A stretch of DNA of 64,000 nt from Adineta vaga (GCA_021613535.1 CP075496.1:8618001-8682000), one strand, 5' to 3'; shown: positions 36,445 to 49,897, counted from the stretch's first letter. A program made the numbers and translations. The notes: a model not told the origin generated them from the letters alone.

Positions 36445-37469
36445 TTAAATATTCATTGTATGAATTTGATTATGTCTTCGAACTAGTTTTGCTCGAAGAA
36501 AGAAATTGTATAGAGTCATAAATTTTTGTTGAATATCGGGAATAAATAAAATACAAATATATGGCAGAAATAATGATTGAATATATGGAAGATAAACAAA
36601 AAATGTTGAAAGAAGATAAGCAAGTTGATCTGTATTGTGAAATATTTGAATGGTTACAATCGTACAATAAGGTATCCAAGCAATCATATATGGCAAAGCA
36701 ATAGCGAGTAATTGTATACTAAGTTTTACCGAACGATGCTAAAATACGTCAACAATTATTCTTCATGATGTCAAAGATATTTTTCTTTTCTATTCTTACC
36801 CATGCCGAACGTCGATCTGCTGTTATGACTATTCCTTTCATTCGATACCGTTGAATAAAATGTCGTATAATTAAAATAATATTAACAATAAAAGTAATCA
36901 GTACCATCGATATACCATTTCCAACCCAATCAAATAAACCTAATGTTTGTTCAAATTGATAACATGCACCACCACAAAGATATAAATTGACATTATAAAC
37001 TGGTTGACATCTATGTAATATTATAACACCAATAAAGAATAGAGGACAATAGAGAATGATAACAATAGTAGGAATATAATGAAGACAAATTTGATATTGT
37101 ATAATGAATCGTTCGTGATAGATGAAGAGATAACGTTCAATCGATGTCCATGTCATTAGCATGATATTCAGTAAGAATAGAGAATAGTTCAAAGTAAGCC
37201 AAGGTGTACATAACTTTTCCATATAAATCGTATCTTTATAAAGATAATAGAGTGTAAATGGAAGTTCAATTGTAATAATTAAACCATTAAATACGAGTAG
37301 AATTCCATAAATTTGACTTTGTAAACGACACCACTTGAAATGATATAAACTATAAGAAATTTATTTTAGTAATAATAATGTTATTATTCTAAACTTACAA
37401 GAAAATGGTACATAGAAATGAAGGTGTTTGTAATACTAAAAGTAAATAGAATTTAATTTTGTTCTGCAT
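36445..37469 (-). CDS. Rhodopsin-like orphan GPCR with introns
   Basis: MQNKIKFYLLLVLQTPSFLCTIF, TIELPFTL, WTSIERY, YMIAWIP, LPYIC; two short introns. Confidence 0.8.
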
Positions 37470-38678
37470 CGAATTTATTGATTGTATTGTGTAATTTCAA
37501 TCAACTATTATTGATATTCAATTCTATGACAGAAAGACTATTTACATCGAAATTCTTATGAAATGACAGAAATATATGTTATAGAAATTTCTAAAGAATC
37601 TCTTCGAGAGAAGAAAAAAAGAATTTACATTACACAAATTAATCTTCTTATTATTCATGGGAAATAATCATCAGACAGAAATAAGAGTAATCTCAGAATT
37701 ACATATTCATTCGTTAGGATTTCTTATTAATCATGTATCTTGATGAAATATAATGATCTATGTTCATTCAAAATTAGAGAATAAAAACAAAATCTATCTA
37801 AGCAGAATTCAAAGAATAAATATTGTTAAATTCAAATGTCAACATGTATGAACGAAGCCTTTGAAAGTTAAGATTGAGTATAGAAGACGCTAAGATTGCT
37901 TTTATGTTTTTGAACTAATTCTATACTGATAAAAAGATTCGTAAATCATTACAATATTTATTTTCTTAACAACAATCAAACCAAGTGTCTGTTCGTATTA
38001 ATAACATGCGCCACCGCAAGTATACCTTTGTATATCATAATTAGATTGACATCTATTCCATAGATGATAATAATACATCCGATAGGAATATAATGTCATA
38101 AGAAATAATGTCTTAAGATCAGTTTTTCATAATAAATAAATATCTTACAGTTCCTTCATTTGACTCTGTAAATAAGACCATTTTAAATAGAACAATTTAA
38201 AAAAGTTTAACAAAAAAAAAAGTTTGTTCTCGTTCTCTTTTATGAAATTATATTTACATGAAAAAGGCACATCCAATTGAAGGTATTTGTAAGGCCAATA
38301 GAATATAGAATTTAATCGTTTTTGAATAATAACTGGCATTGATTTCCATTAGGAATACTGTATGGAAAGACAGAAAAAATAAATAAACTGAAGATGACTC
38401 TAGTTTTTATGATTTTCTTCATATTATTAGCAGAGAAACGATAAGACACTGAAAATTGACAATTTTATACTTTTTTTTTCGTATTACCAAGTTGAACATC
38501 TCAAGACGTGAAAAATTAAAAGAAACTTTTCTTTTAACAAAAAATATCGTGAGAAATCTATTATTTAGATAATTTATGACGACGTCTTTAATTATATTAA
38601 CAGTAGCTAAAAGACATTCGAATAATCTTAAATCCAATGATGACGACAATTGAATTTATATCTCTAATTGATTAATAT

Positions 38679-40474
38679 TTAAAAATTTTCTTTATTCAAA
38701 TAGAAATGAACTTCATTTTCTGATAGACTTTTATCATTCATCGTGATGCACAATTGTTGAAGTTGTTTTGTTAATGGTTTTGGACCACATACAAAAACCC
38801 CAATATTTCTTTTCTGCTTTGAATTCCAATCTTCATCGATAATTGATTGAAAATCGACATCAAATTTCGGTCGTCCATAATATGTTTTTGCTTGTAAACC
38901 TGTCCATATATCACGTTCATGAGGATTATTTTCAACAACTGCTCGTGCTTCTTTCATTGACCATTGTGTTAAATAAATTTTATATGTAAGAAAATTAATT
39001 CGATCTTGTAATTCTTGTTCGAGTTCTTGAAGTAATTGAGCAAACCATTCATAGCATGCGGTCGTATTACATATCCAATAGAAATAAACACGACGTAGTC
39101 GAATATCATCCGTTGCTTTCGAAGAACGAATATGTTTCAAAATTGCTGCATAGGGTGTCACTAAATAAAATAAAATAAATACAAAAAACAAATAATAATC
39201 AAATGAGAGTTTTTACCTCCTATTCCAGCACCAATAAGAACAACACCATCATAATTGAATACATCATCTGCTGGACTTCCATATGGACCATCAATACTTA
39301 ATCGAGGAATATTTTCCGGATAGTTTTCAAGCTTTTTAGCTAGTTCTTTCGTCCAATTTCCTACTGTTCGAATATGTACACTAACATAATCTTCTTCGGC
39401 TGCTGATGTAACAGTAAATGGATGCCATTCAAATTTAGCAAGAGCAAAACATTTTATATAAATATATTGACCTGGTTGAGGTGTTGTCATCGACTTTTTA
39501 TTAAAACAAATTTCAATAACATTCGATTCATGCCGAATAACATTCGTAATTTCAACATGTTGTAAACTACGTATAAAACGAAGAATACGTTCAAGAAGAT
39601 AAAGAACAAGTGGACAACATAACCATATCCAACTTGCTGGTTTTGAACCAGAAAAACGTGGATAAATTTGACATTGTTGTGAAGTACTCCATTCACGATA
39701 TAATGATGCACATATATCTGGATTATGTTCTTGAATATTTACTTGTGATTTAACTAATCCTTGAATTCCATGTAACATTAAACAGACAAAAAAAACAATA
39801 AAAAGATGATGAGTAAACCAAAATATTTCATAAAATGAACGACGAATCAGTAAAGTCGATGAACTAATCATTAGAATTAAACAAATACATAGAATAACAC
39901 CAGTAATTCCTGCTGTTGTACTAAGCATAATGCCAACGCCTAATGTTTTAGGATTAACTTTTCCAACGGGATTTATTTGTGATTCAGGCGATTTTAAATA
40001 TAATAAATTTAGTACAGCAGCAAGTGTGTCATGTTCATTATTTACATCAATAAATCGTTCGTAATTATAAATATGTGCACCTACATGTATTAATGACCAA
40101 AAACAGATAGCATAACCCACACAACGATGAAATTCAACATGTTGATCAAATAAACGAATAGTAAATCGACGAAAACGTGATTGTGTAATACAACGTGGTA
40201 GTAAATAACGAATTAATGATAATAAATTTCGACAAACAGGTAAAAGGATTAATAAACAATTGAAATTTAAACATAGAGCTGATGCACGAGCAATACTAAC
40301 ACCATCGTATATCAATACACGAAGATAAAAATATGAACGTGATCGATGATAATTGAAAAATTGTCCAAGAAATAAACTTATATTTGTTATTAACCATAGA
40401 AATAAGAAAACAATACTTGCAAAATCATTAACAAGAAACAGTCGAAACCATAAACGAATAGATTGCAAAGACAT
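38679..40474 (-). CDS. NADPH oxidase, NOX1/NOX2 (gp91phox)-like; 2 exons
   Basis: Heme-ligand His residues (FH..VGY, H..AH, FWFTHH, HG). FAD motif EWHPFT. NADPH motifs DGPYG, GAGIG/VTP, VFVCGP and C-terminal KENF. Confidence 0.95.
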
Positions 40475-40923
40475 TTAACTAGAAACAAATGATTATTCAT
40501 ATCAAAGATCTATTACAGATTTTTCTCACCTTTTCCTCAATCTAACGTGAGTACGAGAACTGTTGATATATGAATCTATCTTTCATTTATCTTCAGAACA
40601 AATGATAATATATATATATATATACATCATTTTTTAGTCATCATTCTGTTTGTGCTGATAATATTTACGTGAAAGAAAGAAGAAAACAAGAAAGACATTT
40701 CTTATGATTTATATTCAGCACATATGAGTAATGAAATAACGTTTGTTTTTATTAAAACTTGTTTATGATATTGAGAAATTCATTACTTATTGTGAATAAG
40801 CATTATGAATTATTAAATAAAATATCCGTAAGTATACACAAAACTTCTATAAAAAAATGACGAATAATTTGATTAATATCATGATAACAAAACTGAGTAA
40901 TGAAATAAACAAAACATATTTGA

Positions 40924-41991
40924 TCAATTCGATGGTATAGTTTGAGAATTATCCATATGTAATTCATTTGTATTATTAAATTCTCGATGTAATCTTCGTT
41001 TACATAGATCTGTTATAAAAATCGGTGTTTTACCATATTGTGGTAAGTCTTTTGTTTCAACTCGAATTCTTCCTGCTGCAACACCATATTGTCCAGCTAA
41101 TGGTAAAAACCAAAAACAATTTTCATCACGTAATGCTGCAGCTATGTAATACAAAGCACCAATAAAATAAAGTATATCCCCATATTTGTACAATATATTT
41201 GTTCCATATTCTTCTGGATAGAGATTTATTTGAACATTATATATAATATAAATAAATGAACTTATTGTTGTTGTTATATACGCCATTGTATCGGGATCGT
41301 CGAAAGTAAAACCTCGCCCGATTGTACGAGTATACGTCATATACCAAGACATGATCCTGTAAGATAAATCAAAAATAGTGATGTAATTTATTGAGAGAAA
41401 TATTTTATTGTGATTTTACCATCCAAATGAAGCAATTAATTCAATAATAGCCGCAAATAATTCAATTTTATGAACAAATAATGTATAATAACCACCGAGT
41501 GTATCCTGTTTAGAATACCAAAAAGCTGACCAAAGATAAAGTCCAGCTTCAATATGATTCAAATATTCCGGAATCATAATAATATCTAACGATGATCGAT
41601 CATGCCATGCCCACCAATAGAGAAATGCAGATATCAAATGTAAAATACCAAGAAAGATATAATATCGATTGATATCAGAATTGTGTTCAATAAGTTGATT
41701 AAGATTATTTGAAGGTAAAAGAGATTTATTCGTTGAACGTTCATTAAAATTAGGATGGAAATTGATAATTAATATTCCAATAGAATAAATTAGATAAACA
41801 ATATTTGCAAGCATATATCGACTTAGTAATAGTTTTTTCCAACAGATAGGTACTCGAACTCGTATATATTTCCATCGTAGTGCCTTACAAATCGAACTAA
41901 ATGATTGAAGTTCATGAATCGGACTAGTTAAATCTTTATTATCTAAGATTACAACAGATGCTGTTTGATTGCCACTCACATTCATCGTCAT
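40924..41991 (-). CDS. Multi-pass membrane protein of unknown family (tandem paralog 1)
   Basis: RYMLANIVYL, IPEYLNHIEAGLYLWS, SWYMTYTRTIGRGFTFDDPD, LRDENCFWFLPLAGQYG; one intron. Confidence 0.75.
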
Positions 41992-42295
41992 CGTTGATAT
42001 ATGATATGAACAATCAATGATGTTATCCGAACAGAACAGAACATCTAGACAATAGCGAGCGAATCATCCGTTAGATACATAGAGGTCATCGATATCAGTT
42101 TATCCGTGATTAGTCTTTCAGTTCCGAAAGCAAGAGCTCCGTCTTCTAATTAAACATGGATTATGTATGTTTGTACCGATTATATCTTGTTGCTTAGATG
42201 TATTAGTTTCGATCTGTACTACTATCCATTGATTCACATTCTAGAGAGTTACTACTGATAAATAGTGGTGTTCTTCCTCACATTTATATTTGATT

Positions 42296-42422
42296 AAGGG
42301 TGGGTGAGGGTGTGAGGGTGTGGGTGTGTGTGTGTAGGTGTGGATCAGTGTAGGCGAGGTTGAGGGTGTCAGTAATTGATTGATACAATAATCTCACTCT
42401 TGCCCACACCAACACCCACACA
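42296..42422. repeat. G-rich TGAGGG/TGTGGG/(TG)n tract with a nearby inverted C-rich tract
   Basis: TGAGGG at 42305, 42313 and 42361; TGTGGG at 42319; complementary cccacaccaacacccacaca at ~42403-42422. Confidence 0.7.
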
Positions 42423-42468
42423 TCTTCAAGATGTATGCGAGGATCGAGGGATGTTATAGAAAGACGAA

Positions 42469-42684
42469 TACTGGTAAAAATACCATAATTTACTGAACAA
42501 AGAAGATTTTATACTGATATCTTAATTATTTTACTGATCAAATGATTAAATTGCCGATCAAAAAATATATATCTACTGATCAGAATTAAAAATAATATAC
42601 TGATCATATTTTGATATGTTTACTGGTATTTCGAATAATTTACTGATCAAAAACTACTGATCATTCACAATAAAATACTGATCA
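42469..42684 (+). repeat. Array of 11 TACTGATCA-like cores at ~21-bp period
   Basis: Cores start at 42469, 42491, 42512, 42532, 42552, 42574, 42598, 42621, 42641, 42655 and 42676, separated by variable AT-rich spacers. Confidence 0.85.
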
Positions 42685-42818
42685 TTTAAATACAAGTCAA
42701 TAATAACTATGTCAGCATAGACTATTTTTTACATTATGTACTTGAAAAATGAAACGAACGTACTTTTTGTCGATAAGGGAAACCTTTTATTTCGAAATAA
42801 TCTAGACGAAGAAAGAAC

Positions 42819-43944
42819 TTAAAAATATGTTGATAGAACATCAATATTTATCGTCTGTTCGCGTAGTTTATTCTTTTCTGTATTCACTTTTCGCCGTCTA
42901 CATAAATCAGTAATAAGTATATTTGGATTTCCAAATTTCGGTAAAGTTCTTGTATCGACATGAATTCTACCTGCCGCAATTCCATATTGTCCAGCTAATG
43001 GTAAAAACCAAAACCAATTTTCATCACGTAATGTTCCGAAAATATAATAAATTGATCCAATAAAACCAAGAATATCTGCATAAGTGAAGATTTGATTACT
43101 TCCATAAGTTTCCGGATAGATATTGATTTGAATATTATATACAAGATAAATAAGTGTATTGGATGTTGTAGTTAAATATCCCATGGTATCAGGATCATCC
43201 AAAGTAAAACCTCGTCCCAATGTTCTCGTATATGTCATATACCACGAGACCATCCTTTAACAAAACAAAAAATCAAAATTTTTCATATAAAAAAAAGAAG
43301 TCTGTACCATCCAATTGCAGCACATAATTCAACACATGATGCAGTTAATTCAATTCGATGTATAGCTATTGTATAAAACCCGCCAAGTGTATCTTGTTTT
43401 GAATACCATATAGATGACCAAAGATAAAGGCCAGCTTGAATATGATTGAGATATTCTGGTATGAGAACAACATCAAACCATGATCGACCTCGCCATGCGA
43501 TAATGTAAAGAAAAGCTACAAGAATATTCACTGCAGCTAGACCTTGAGGAAAAAATAACAAATAATTAATGTTGTATTGAAATGAATAGAAAAAAAATAA
43601 TGACTTACCAATATAAATACGATTAGCATACTCATTCATTTGCACAGGTCGATCAAGGGGAGCTAAATCGTAATCATTGTGTCATTAGATGATGTATCAG
43701 ATGCCATTGTACTGAAATCCGGATGAAAATCAATAATAAGTAATGCAATAGTATATCCCAAATAGATCAAATTTGCTAACATATATCGATTATGTAAAGA
43801 TTTTTTAAGACAAATCGGTATCCGTTTGCGAACATGTTTCCATCGTAATGCGTCGCATAATGAAGTAAATGCTTCTTGTTCATTATAAGGAGCAGTTAAA
43901 TCATTTTCATCTTCATCTGTTTTTACTGGATAGGTAGCAGGCAT
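42819..43944 (-). CDS. Multi-pass membrane protein of unknown family (tandem paralog 2); frameshift at ~43679
   Basis: Same motifs as 40924-41991 (IPEYLNHIQAGLYLWS, GRGFTLDDPD, LRDENWFWFLPLAGQYG); two introns. Confidence 0.75.
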
Positions 43945-44536
43945 ATTTTAAAAAAGAAGACGAAAAAATTACTTGTTGTAAACGACCTATATCATAAATA
44001 TATATATATATGTATTATTAAAATGTCATTTGATGTGATCGATTGAAGTTTGTTGTAGTCAATCTAATCTTGCTCTCGTTATTGTATGTATAATTTTCAC
44101 AGGTACGCTCGAAGTTGATTATAAACTCATGTGGGATGAAGTTTCTTCTTTATTGGCAAGCCTTTCAAAATACATCGAATCACAATCATTTGATTATTCT
44201 TGTTGAAATAAGAAACATTGGAGAAGTTGTTTTTTCTTCGGATGCAGTTTATTAGACGTTTTCTGCATTATTAAGTAAAATGTCCTGTTTTTTTTTCTCG
44301 TTTTCTCCTTCTTGTTTTTACTAATTAAAGAACAAAATTTATGTTGACATTATAAGGTACTCAAAGATGCACAAGAATATTTTCCGATACATAGAAATTT
44401 AAATGAGAATCGATGATAAATCATATGTTTGTTATCTTCAAAAACAGATGGTGAAAATCGCAGAAATGAATATTAGTTTGATTCCTTCTTTTGATATCAA
44501 TTGATTACATTTAAGTTATTATCGGTGGCAAACGTA

Positions 44537-45985
44537 ATGAAAAAACTTCTCTCGATTTTTTCTTTTTTGCTTATTTATCCTTTATTTCTACATGCAATTC
44601 AAGTAACAATCAATAATCTTAAACCACGTTTGGATATTCATGGTAGTATTATCGATGCACATGATGGAAGTATACAACAATTTGAAAAAAATGGACTTTA
44701 CTATATGCATGCTATGCAATATGGTCTTTGTGAAGAGCCACCTAAATATGGATGTGATGGAGTAAGAAAATAATATATCAATATTTTGAAAATGTATTTG
44801 TAGATTAAAAATAATTTAGGCAGGTATGGAAAGTAAATGTGGCTTTCAAATGAATCATAATATTAGTATATGGACATCACCAAATCTAACTTCAGAATCA
44901 TGGATATATGTTGGTAATGCAATCAATGTATCTGATCGACCAGCAGGTAATCGAATTTATTAAATATGTATGTTCATAAAAATTAACTCTTTGGATTTTT
45001 GTAGGTGTAGTCTTTCGACCACATCTTGTATATAATCCAAAAACTAAATTATATGTTTTGATTTGGAACTATATGCGATGGAATCTTCCAAGTTTATACG
45101 CAGTGGCTATTGCGGAAAAACCTGAGTAAATTATTGATGAGTTTATATTAAAGCTTTTTTTAAACCCATTTTATTATTCAAAGTGGACCATTTCGACTGG
45201 TGAATCCTGCTTTAAATGTATCTCGAGGTGGCGGAGGTTCGTATTCAATGACGGATACTTTCTGATTTGATTGAATCAATGACTTCTCTAGGTGATTTCG
45301 ATATTCTTGTTGATGATGATGGAACGGGTTACATCGTCTATTCTCAAAACTATTATATGGGTATTGAACAATTAACACCAGACTTTTATTATTCTACGGG
45401 CAAATCTTATATTTTTGAAGAATATTTTGTTGAAGCACCAATATTTCTCAAGAGAAATAATATGTATTATGTTCTATTTGGTTGGTGTTGTTGTTATTGT
45501 ATGCAAGGAAGTGGAATTCTAGTTCATACATCAAAGAATCCAATGGGACCTTACACACTTCAAGTAACTTTTATTTTCATTTGATGAACATAATATTGAA
45601 ATTCTTTTACAGACGAATGGCGATCTTGCTTGTATTACAACGAGTGATGTGAAATCAACATTTGTTAATGGTTTACCAACTCCTAATCAAGGTTGTGAAT
45701 TTCATAACATGAATACAACATCGATCGTTCGATCTCAACAAAATTATATTATTAAAGTAACAAATTCAAGTGGATATACAACATATGTATGGACAGGTGA
45801 TAGGTAAAGTTAAATTCAATCAATTGTTCGTTTGTTTTTTATGAAAGAATTATTTTATTAGATGGCAACAAGCACCGGATAGAATTAAAGGTCACGAACC
45901 ACAGTATTGGACACCGCTGAAATTTTATGATAATGGAACAATTGATAAATTGAAATGGATAGATGAATTTGTTTTAGATGTGTAA
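44537..45985 (+). CDS. Secreted GH43 glycoside hydrolase (five-bladed propeller; resembles exo-beta-1,3-galactanase clade); 7 exons
   Basis: Signal peptide; IDAHDG, FRPHLVYNPKTK, GPF, GDFDILVDDDGTGY, VEAPIFLKR..YY, RSQQ, WTGDRW; six GT-AG introns. Confidence 0.85.
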
Positions 45986-46183
45986 TGACTGTAGAATTCG
46001 TTTTATCGTATTGAAATTTTAGCAATATTTCAAAAATGCACTTAAGAAGTCATTAATTTGTTAGTTTATTATAGAAAAATAAATAGAAATACAATTCTAT
46101 TTCAACGGTTTAATTTTATAATAAAAAAATAGAACTTCATCAAAATCTCCCTGATAAATTCTTCGTATCAGAATTAGAGATGT

Positions 46184-48075
46184 TCATAAAGAACTTGTAA
46201 ATGACTGTTCATCGGTATTTTTATGTGTATTTAGTAATTGTTTAGCAATTGGTGCCCATTTTTGTGCTGTTGAATGAGGTAATTGTAACCAAGTGCCTAA
46301 ACCTCGTAATAACATACCAACTCTTGCTGCCATTAGATAACCTTCTGGTAATTGTATAACTTCATCTAATTTTCCTAATTGTTCAAAAAATAATTGTGCA
46401 TTTTTACCTTCACATATTTCGGGATCATCTCGATCAAATCCCAATCGTGCTAATTTTTCAATTACATATGGATTCATATGACGTGTACGTACACCCATCG
46501 ATATATAATGTTCAATGATTTCTTCTTTGGTGCCTTCAGCAAGTAAAACAATTAATTTTGCTAATTTTAGACGATGAGATAGAGTTAGTTCTTGAACTTG
46601 ACCAAAATCAATTAAACCTTGAAAGAAAAAAAAAAGAAATCATTCAATCAATTAAAAAGAATATCGATTCATACCAATTTTGCCGCTTTTTAATAGAAAA
46701 ATATTTCCCGGATGTGGATCAGCATTAAAAATTCCATCTAAGAGAATTTCTTGCGCATGAACTTCATTGAGTAAATCAAGTATTTCATGTGGATTGATAA
46801 AAACTTGTTGTTCAATGTAATCTATTGGTGTTCGTTTCAGTAAAGGAACCATTGAATGATTATAAATATAAATGTAAACATTTTTTAAACGATCTATTGT
46901 ACGTATCAATGATGCATATGTATTAACAATAAAAGCGGATGGTGTATATTTCGTTTTTGCTTCACGATAAAGTTCTCCGGAGAGATATTTTCCCATCATT
47001 TCTTGTTCAAATTCTTCTAAAGTTTTGCCTTGTGCAGCAGCCATTTTTGCTTGTTCAGTTTTCAATGCATCGATAAGTTTCGTACCATCTAATTTTTCCA
47101 TAACTAAAACAAATTCAGTTGCCATACCAGGAATCGGACGAGGAATGACAACATTTGGAAAACGTGGCATTATATTTCGACCTAGAATTGATTATGTATT
47201 ACTAAAAACGAATGAAACGATTTTTCTTACCAATAACATCTAAAGCTTTTGCTTCTCGTCGAAAATCGAATTCAATTTGAAAAGCTTTTTCAAATTCATC
47301 GAATAATGGGAGATGTTCTGGTTGCGCTAGTCGAATGAATTTTTTCAATGTCGAAAAATCTAATCCAAAAAGTTTCCGTACTTCAGGATATTGAATTTTA
47401 ATAATAACTGCTTTATTCGATCCTTTTAAACGAGCTTCATGTGCTTGTCCAATTGTTGCTGCACCAACAGCGTTCGGATTAAATTCACAGAAGATTTCTT
47501 CTAGAGGTTTACCAAAAGCTTGTTCAATCATTTCTCGAGCATATTCACCAGGTTGTGGTGGAACACCATCCTTATTAAAATAATAAACGAACATCAAAAT
47601 CTTTTTCTTAAAAAAAATTCATTCTTACTTGTAATTGAGAAAATTTTTTCAAATAAGGTTTGGGAATAATATCAGGTCGAGTCGAAGCAATTTGTCCTAA
47701 TTTTATATAAACACCACGTTGATGAAGAACAACATTGAGCACATAATCACAATATTTATTATGTAAATCAAGCCATATTTGATCTTCTTCTTCAGGAGTT
47801 TTAGCGGGAAATAATTTGAAATAAAATTGTTGATAACGATAACGAAGATAGACTGGTATCATTCGAGACCAGAAATAATTTGTTCGTCGAATTTTCTCCC
47901 ATTCAGGACCAGATTCATATATTGTATATGAAAGAAAACCAGCACCAGTAAGAAGTGTTGTACCAACTACGAATTTAACTAAACGACGAGGTCGAAGAGA
48001 AGATCTGAGGGAAAAGTTTCGATAGAGATGAGTAGTCAATGGTCTAGGACGAGTTAACAATCGACAAAGTAACAT
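46184..48075 (-). CDS. ABC1/ADCK (AarF/UbiB) atypical kinase
   Basis: GVYIKLGQIASTRPD, AATIGQAH, IKIQYP, EFDFRREA, NADPHPGN, IDFGQ. Basic N-terminus resembles a mitochondrial targeting peptide. Confidence 0.92.
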
Positions 48076-48427
48076 TTTTTTTTCGTAAAATAATGATGAT
48101 TACATTACATCACCAGTATTGCATTCATTCATTGATGTCGATCTTTGAATGATTCATTTTGAAATAAGACTAGCGACATCCTATTCATTGATTGGTTGTT
48201 TACAATTCAATACAATTTGAGTTAATTTTTGTCAATATTAAGAACACTCAAATAATCACTTTTGTTTATATTTATTATGATTAGTTAGTTTGTCATTGGG
48301 AAAATAGCTTTAAATTTCAGAGAGAAACAATCCGTCACCCATCGATATGTTTCGTAACACATTCGATTTATACTTATAATTCTCATTTCTAGACAAGTTA
48401 TATTCTATCTCTAGAAATTTGCAAAAT

Positions 48428-49199
48428 ATGCCAGTTAATCGTGATACAATTCTTCGTGTAAGAATATCAGATTTTTCTTAGAAAAGAAATTCTTCTAAAA
48501 GTTAATTTTCTACTCTTTAGGTTATTCTTTGTACGCATTTCATTTTTGTTAGTGTGTAAGCCAATTACATTAAGCAAATTGAACATCGATGTGATACCGA
48601 TTCTTTTCTCCAATAGAGTATTAATTGCTGATTGGTTACCAAAAGCATATCTTCTTAATCAAGTGACTATTTTAGCAATTGGTATCCTAGCTATAATACA
48701 TCATGAAAGTGTCATAGAAATTGAACTCGTATGTTAGAAATCTTTCAAATTGTTTTCTTCTCATCTTTTTTCCATTGTTTTAGTTGATATTATTCAAATT
48801 TATTTCGATTATTATCGATTCTATTACTATTGCAATGTATTTTGATATTGGAAAGTCAGGTATATTGTCTTTTCAGTCTACTTTTTTTATATTAAATTCG
48901 TTTTCTAGCATCGTCTCCGTCTCGTAAAAGTGCATACTTTACGATTAGTGTTTCGTAAGTCTTTATTGATTGAACTAATTGTTTACAAATGCATCGCTTT
49001 ACGTTTATAGTTTTGCGATAATTCTTTTGATACTTAAACCAATAATGCTTTTAGTTTTGATCAAAATTCGACAAGAACGCTTGAATAATGCCGTATTTGA
49101 GTCATGGAGTAAGTTCAATTTTTCTATTTAAATCAATGCCTTTGTTATATATGTATATTAGCAACAAGATCTGGATATACACCCGTCGGTGATAGATAA
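48428..49199 (+). CDS. AGTRAP-like (angiotensin II receptor-associated protein) membrane protein; multi-exon
   Basis: Spliced product MPVNRDTILR/VILCTHF../..AYLLNQVTILAIGILAIIHHESV../..IIDSITIAMYF../FAIILLILKP..RQER../RSGYTPV follows the AGTRAP pattern. Confidence 0.7.
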
Positions 49200-49897
49200 C
49201 TAGCTCTTGGAGAATATAATCAATGAATAAAAAATCTCATTTTAACTGAAGACTGTGATACTATCACTTAAATTAATTTTTTCACTATTCAATTAGATTT
49301 TAAATAAATACGAATAAATTTCACGAACGTATTCTTTAAAAAAACAGATTTTTTTATTTTGAATAATCTATATTATGATCACTGGTGAAATAGGTTAATA
49401 TTATTTAAACACAGTGGATAGTAGTTGTTGTAGTTCAGAATTAATAAATGCAAGCATAATCGATAAATTTGTTATAGAAACAGAATAAATCAATCATTCA
49501 TTCAAGTTTACTAGTTGTAACACTTATTTCTTTTATCGAATAGTCTTTAAAAATGAATCTAATTTTTGTTTTTGTTTGAGTGTCATCGACGATTTATTTC
49601 GTCAATAAAATTTGTTGATAGCTATGTATATGTTTATAAATAATAATAAAAAAGGTTAATCATTTAGAGAATTTTATAGTCTCTTCGTGTATACCTGAGG
49701 TGATGATTGATGTTTTTTACTATATAGGCAAGGAGTTAAATTCACAAGTAGATTTAACCTTGAGTTCGTATTTTTATCATTCGTTCTCTGTCGTTCTTTT
49801 CTCACAAGTTAAATATCAACCTTCTCTCTATCAATATTATATTTTCACTTATATAAAAACCAAAATCTTGTCAATGTGATCTTGATCAATTTGACAG

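Noticed and set aside
42469-42684. CRISPR array interpretation of the regularly spaced repeats
   Set aside because: The repeat core is only 9 bp and spacers are ~5-15 bp. There are no cas genes and the context is eukaryotic.
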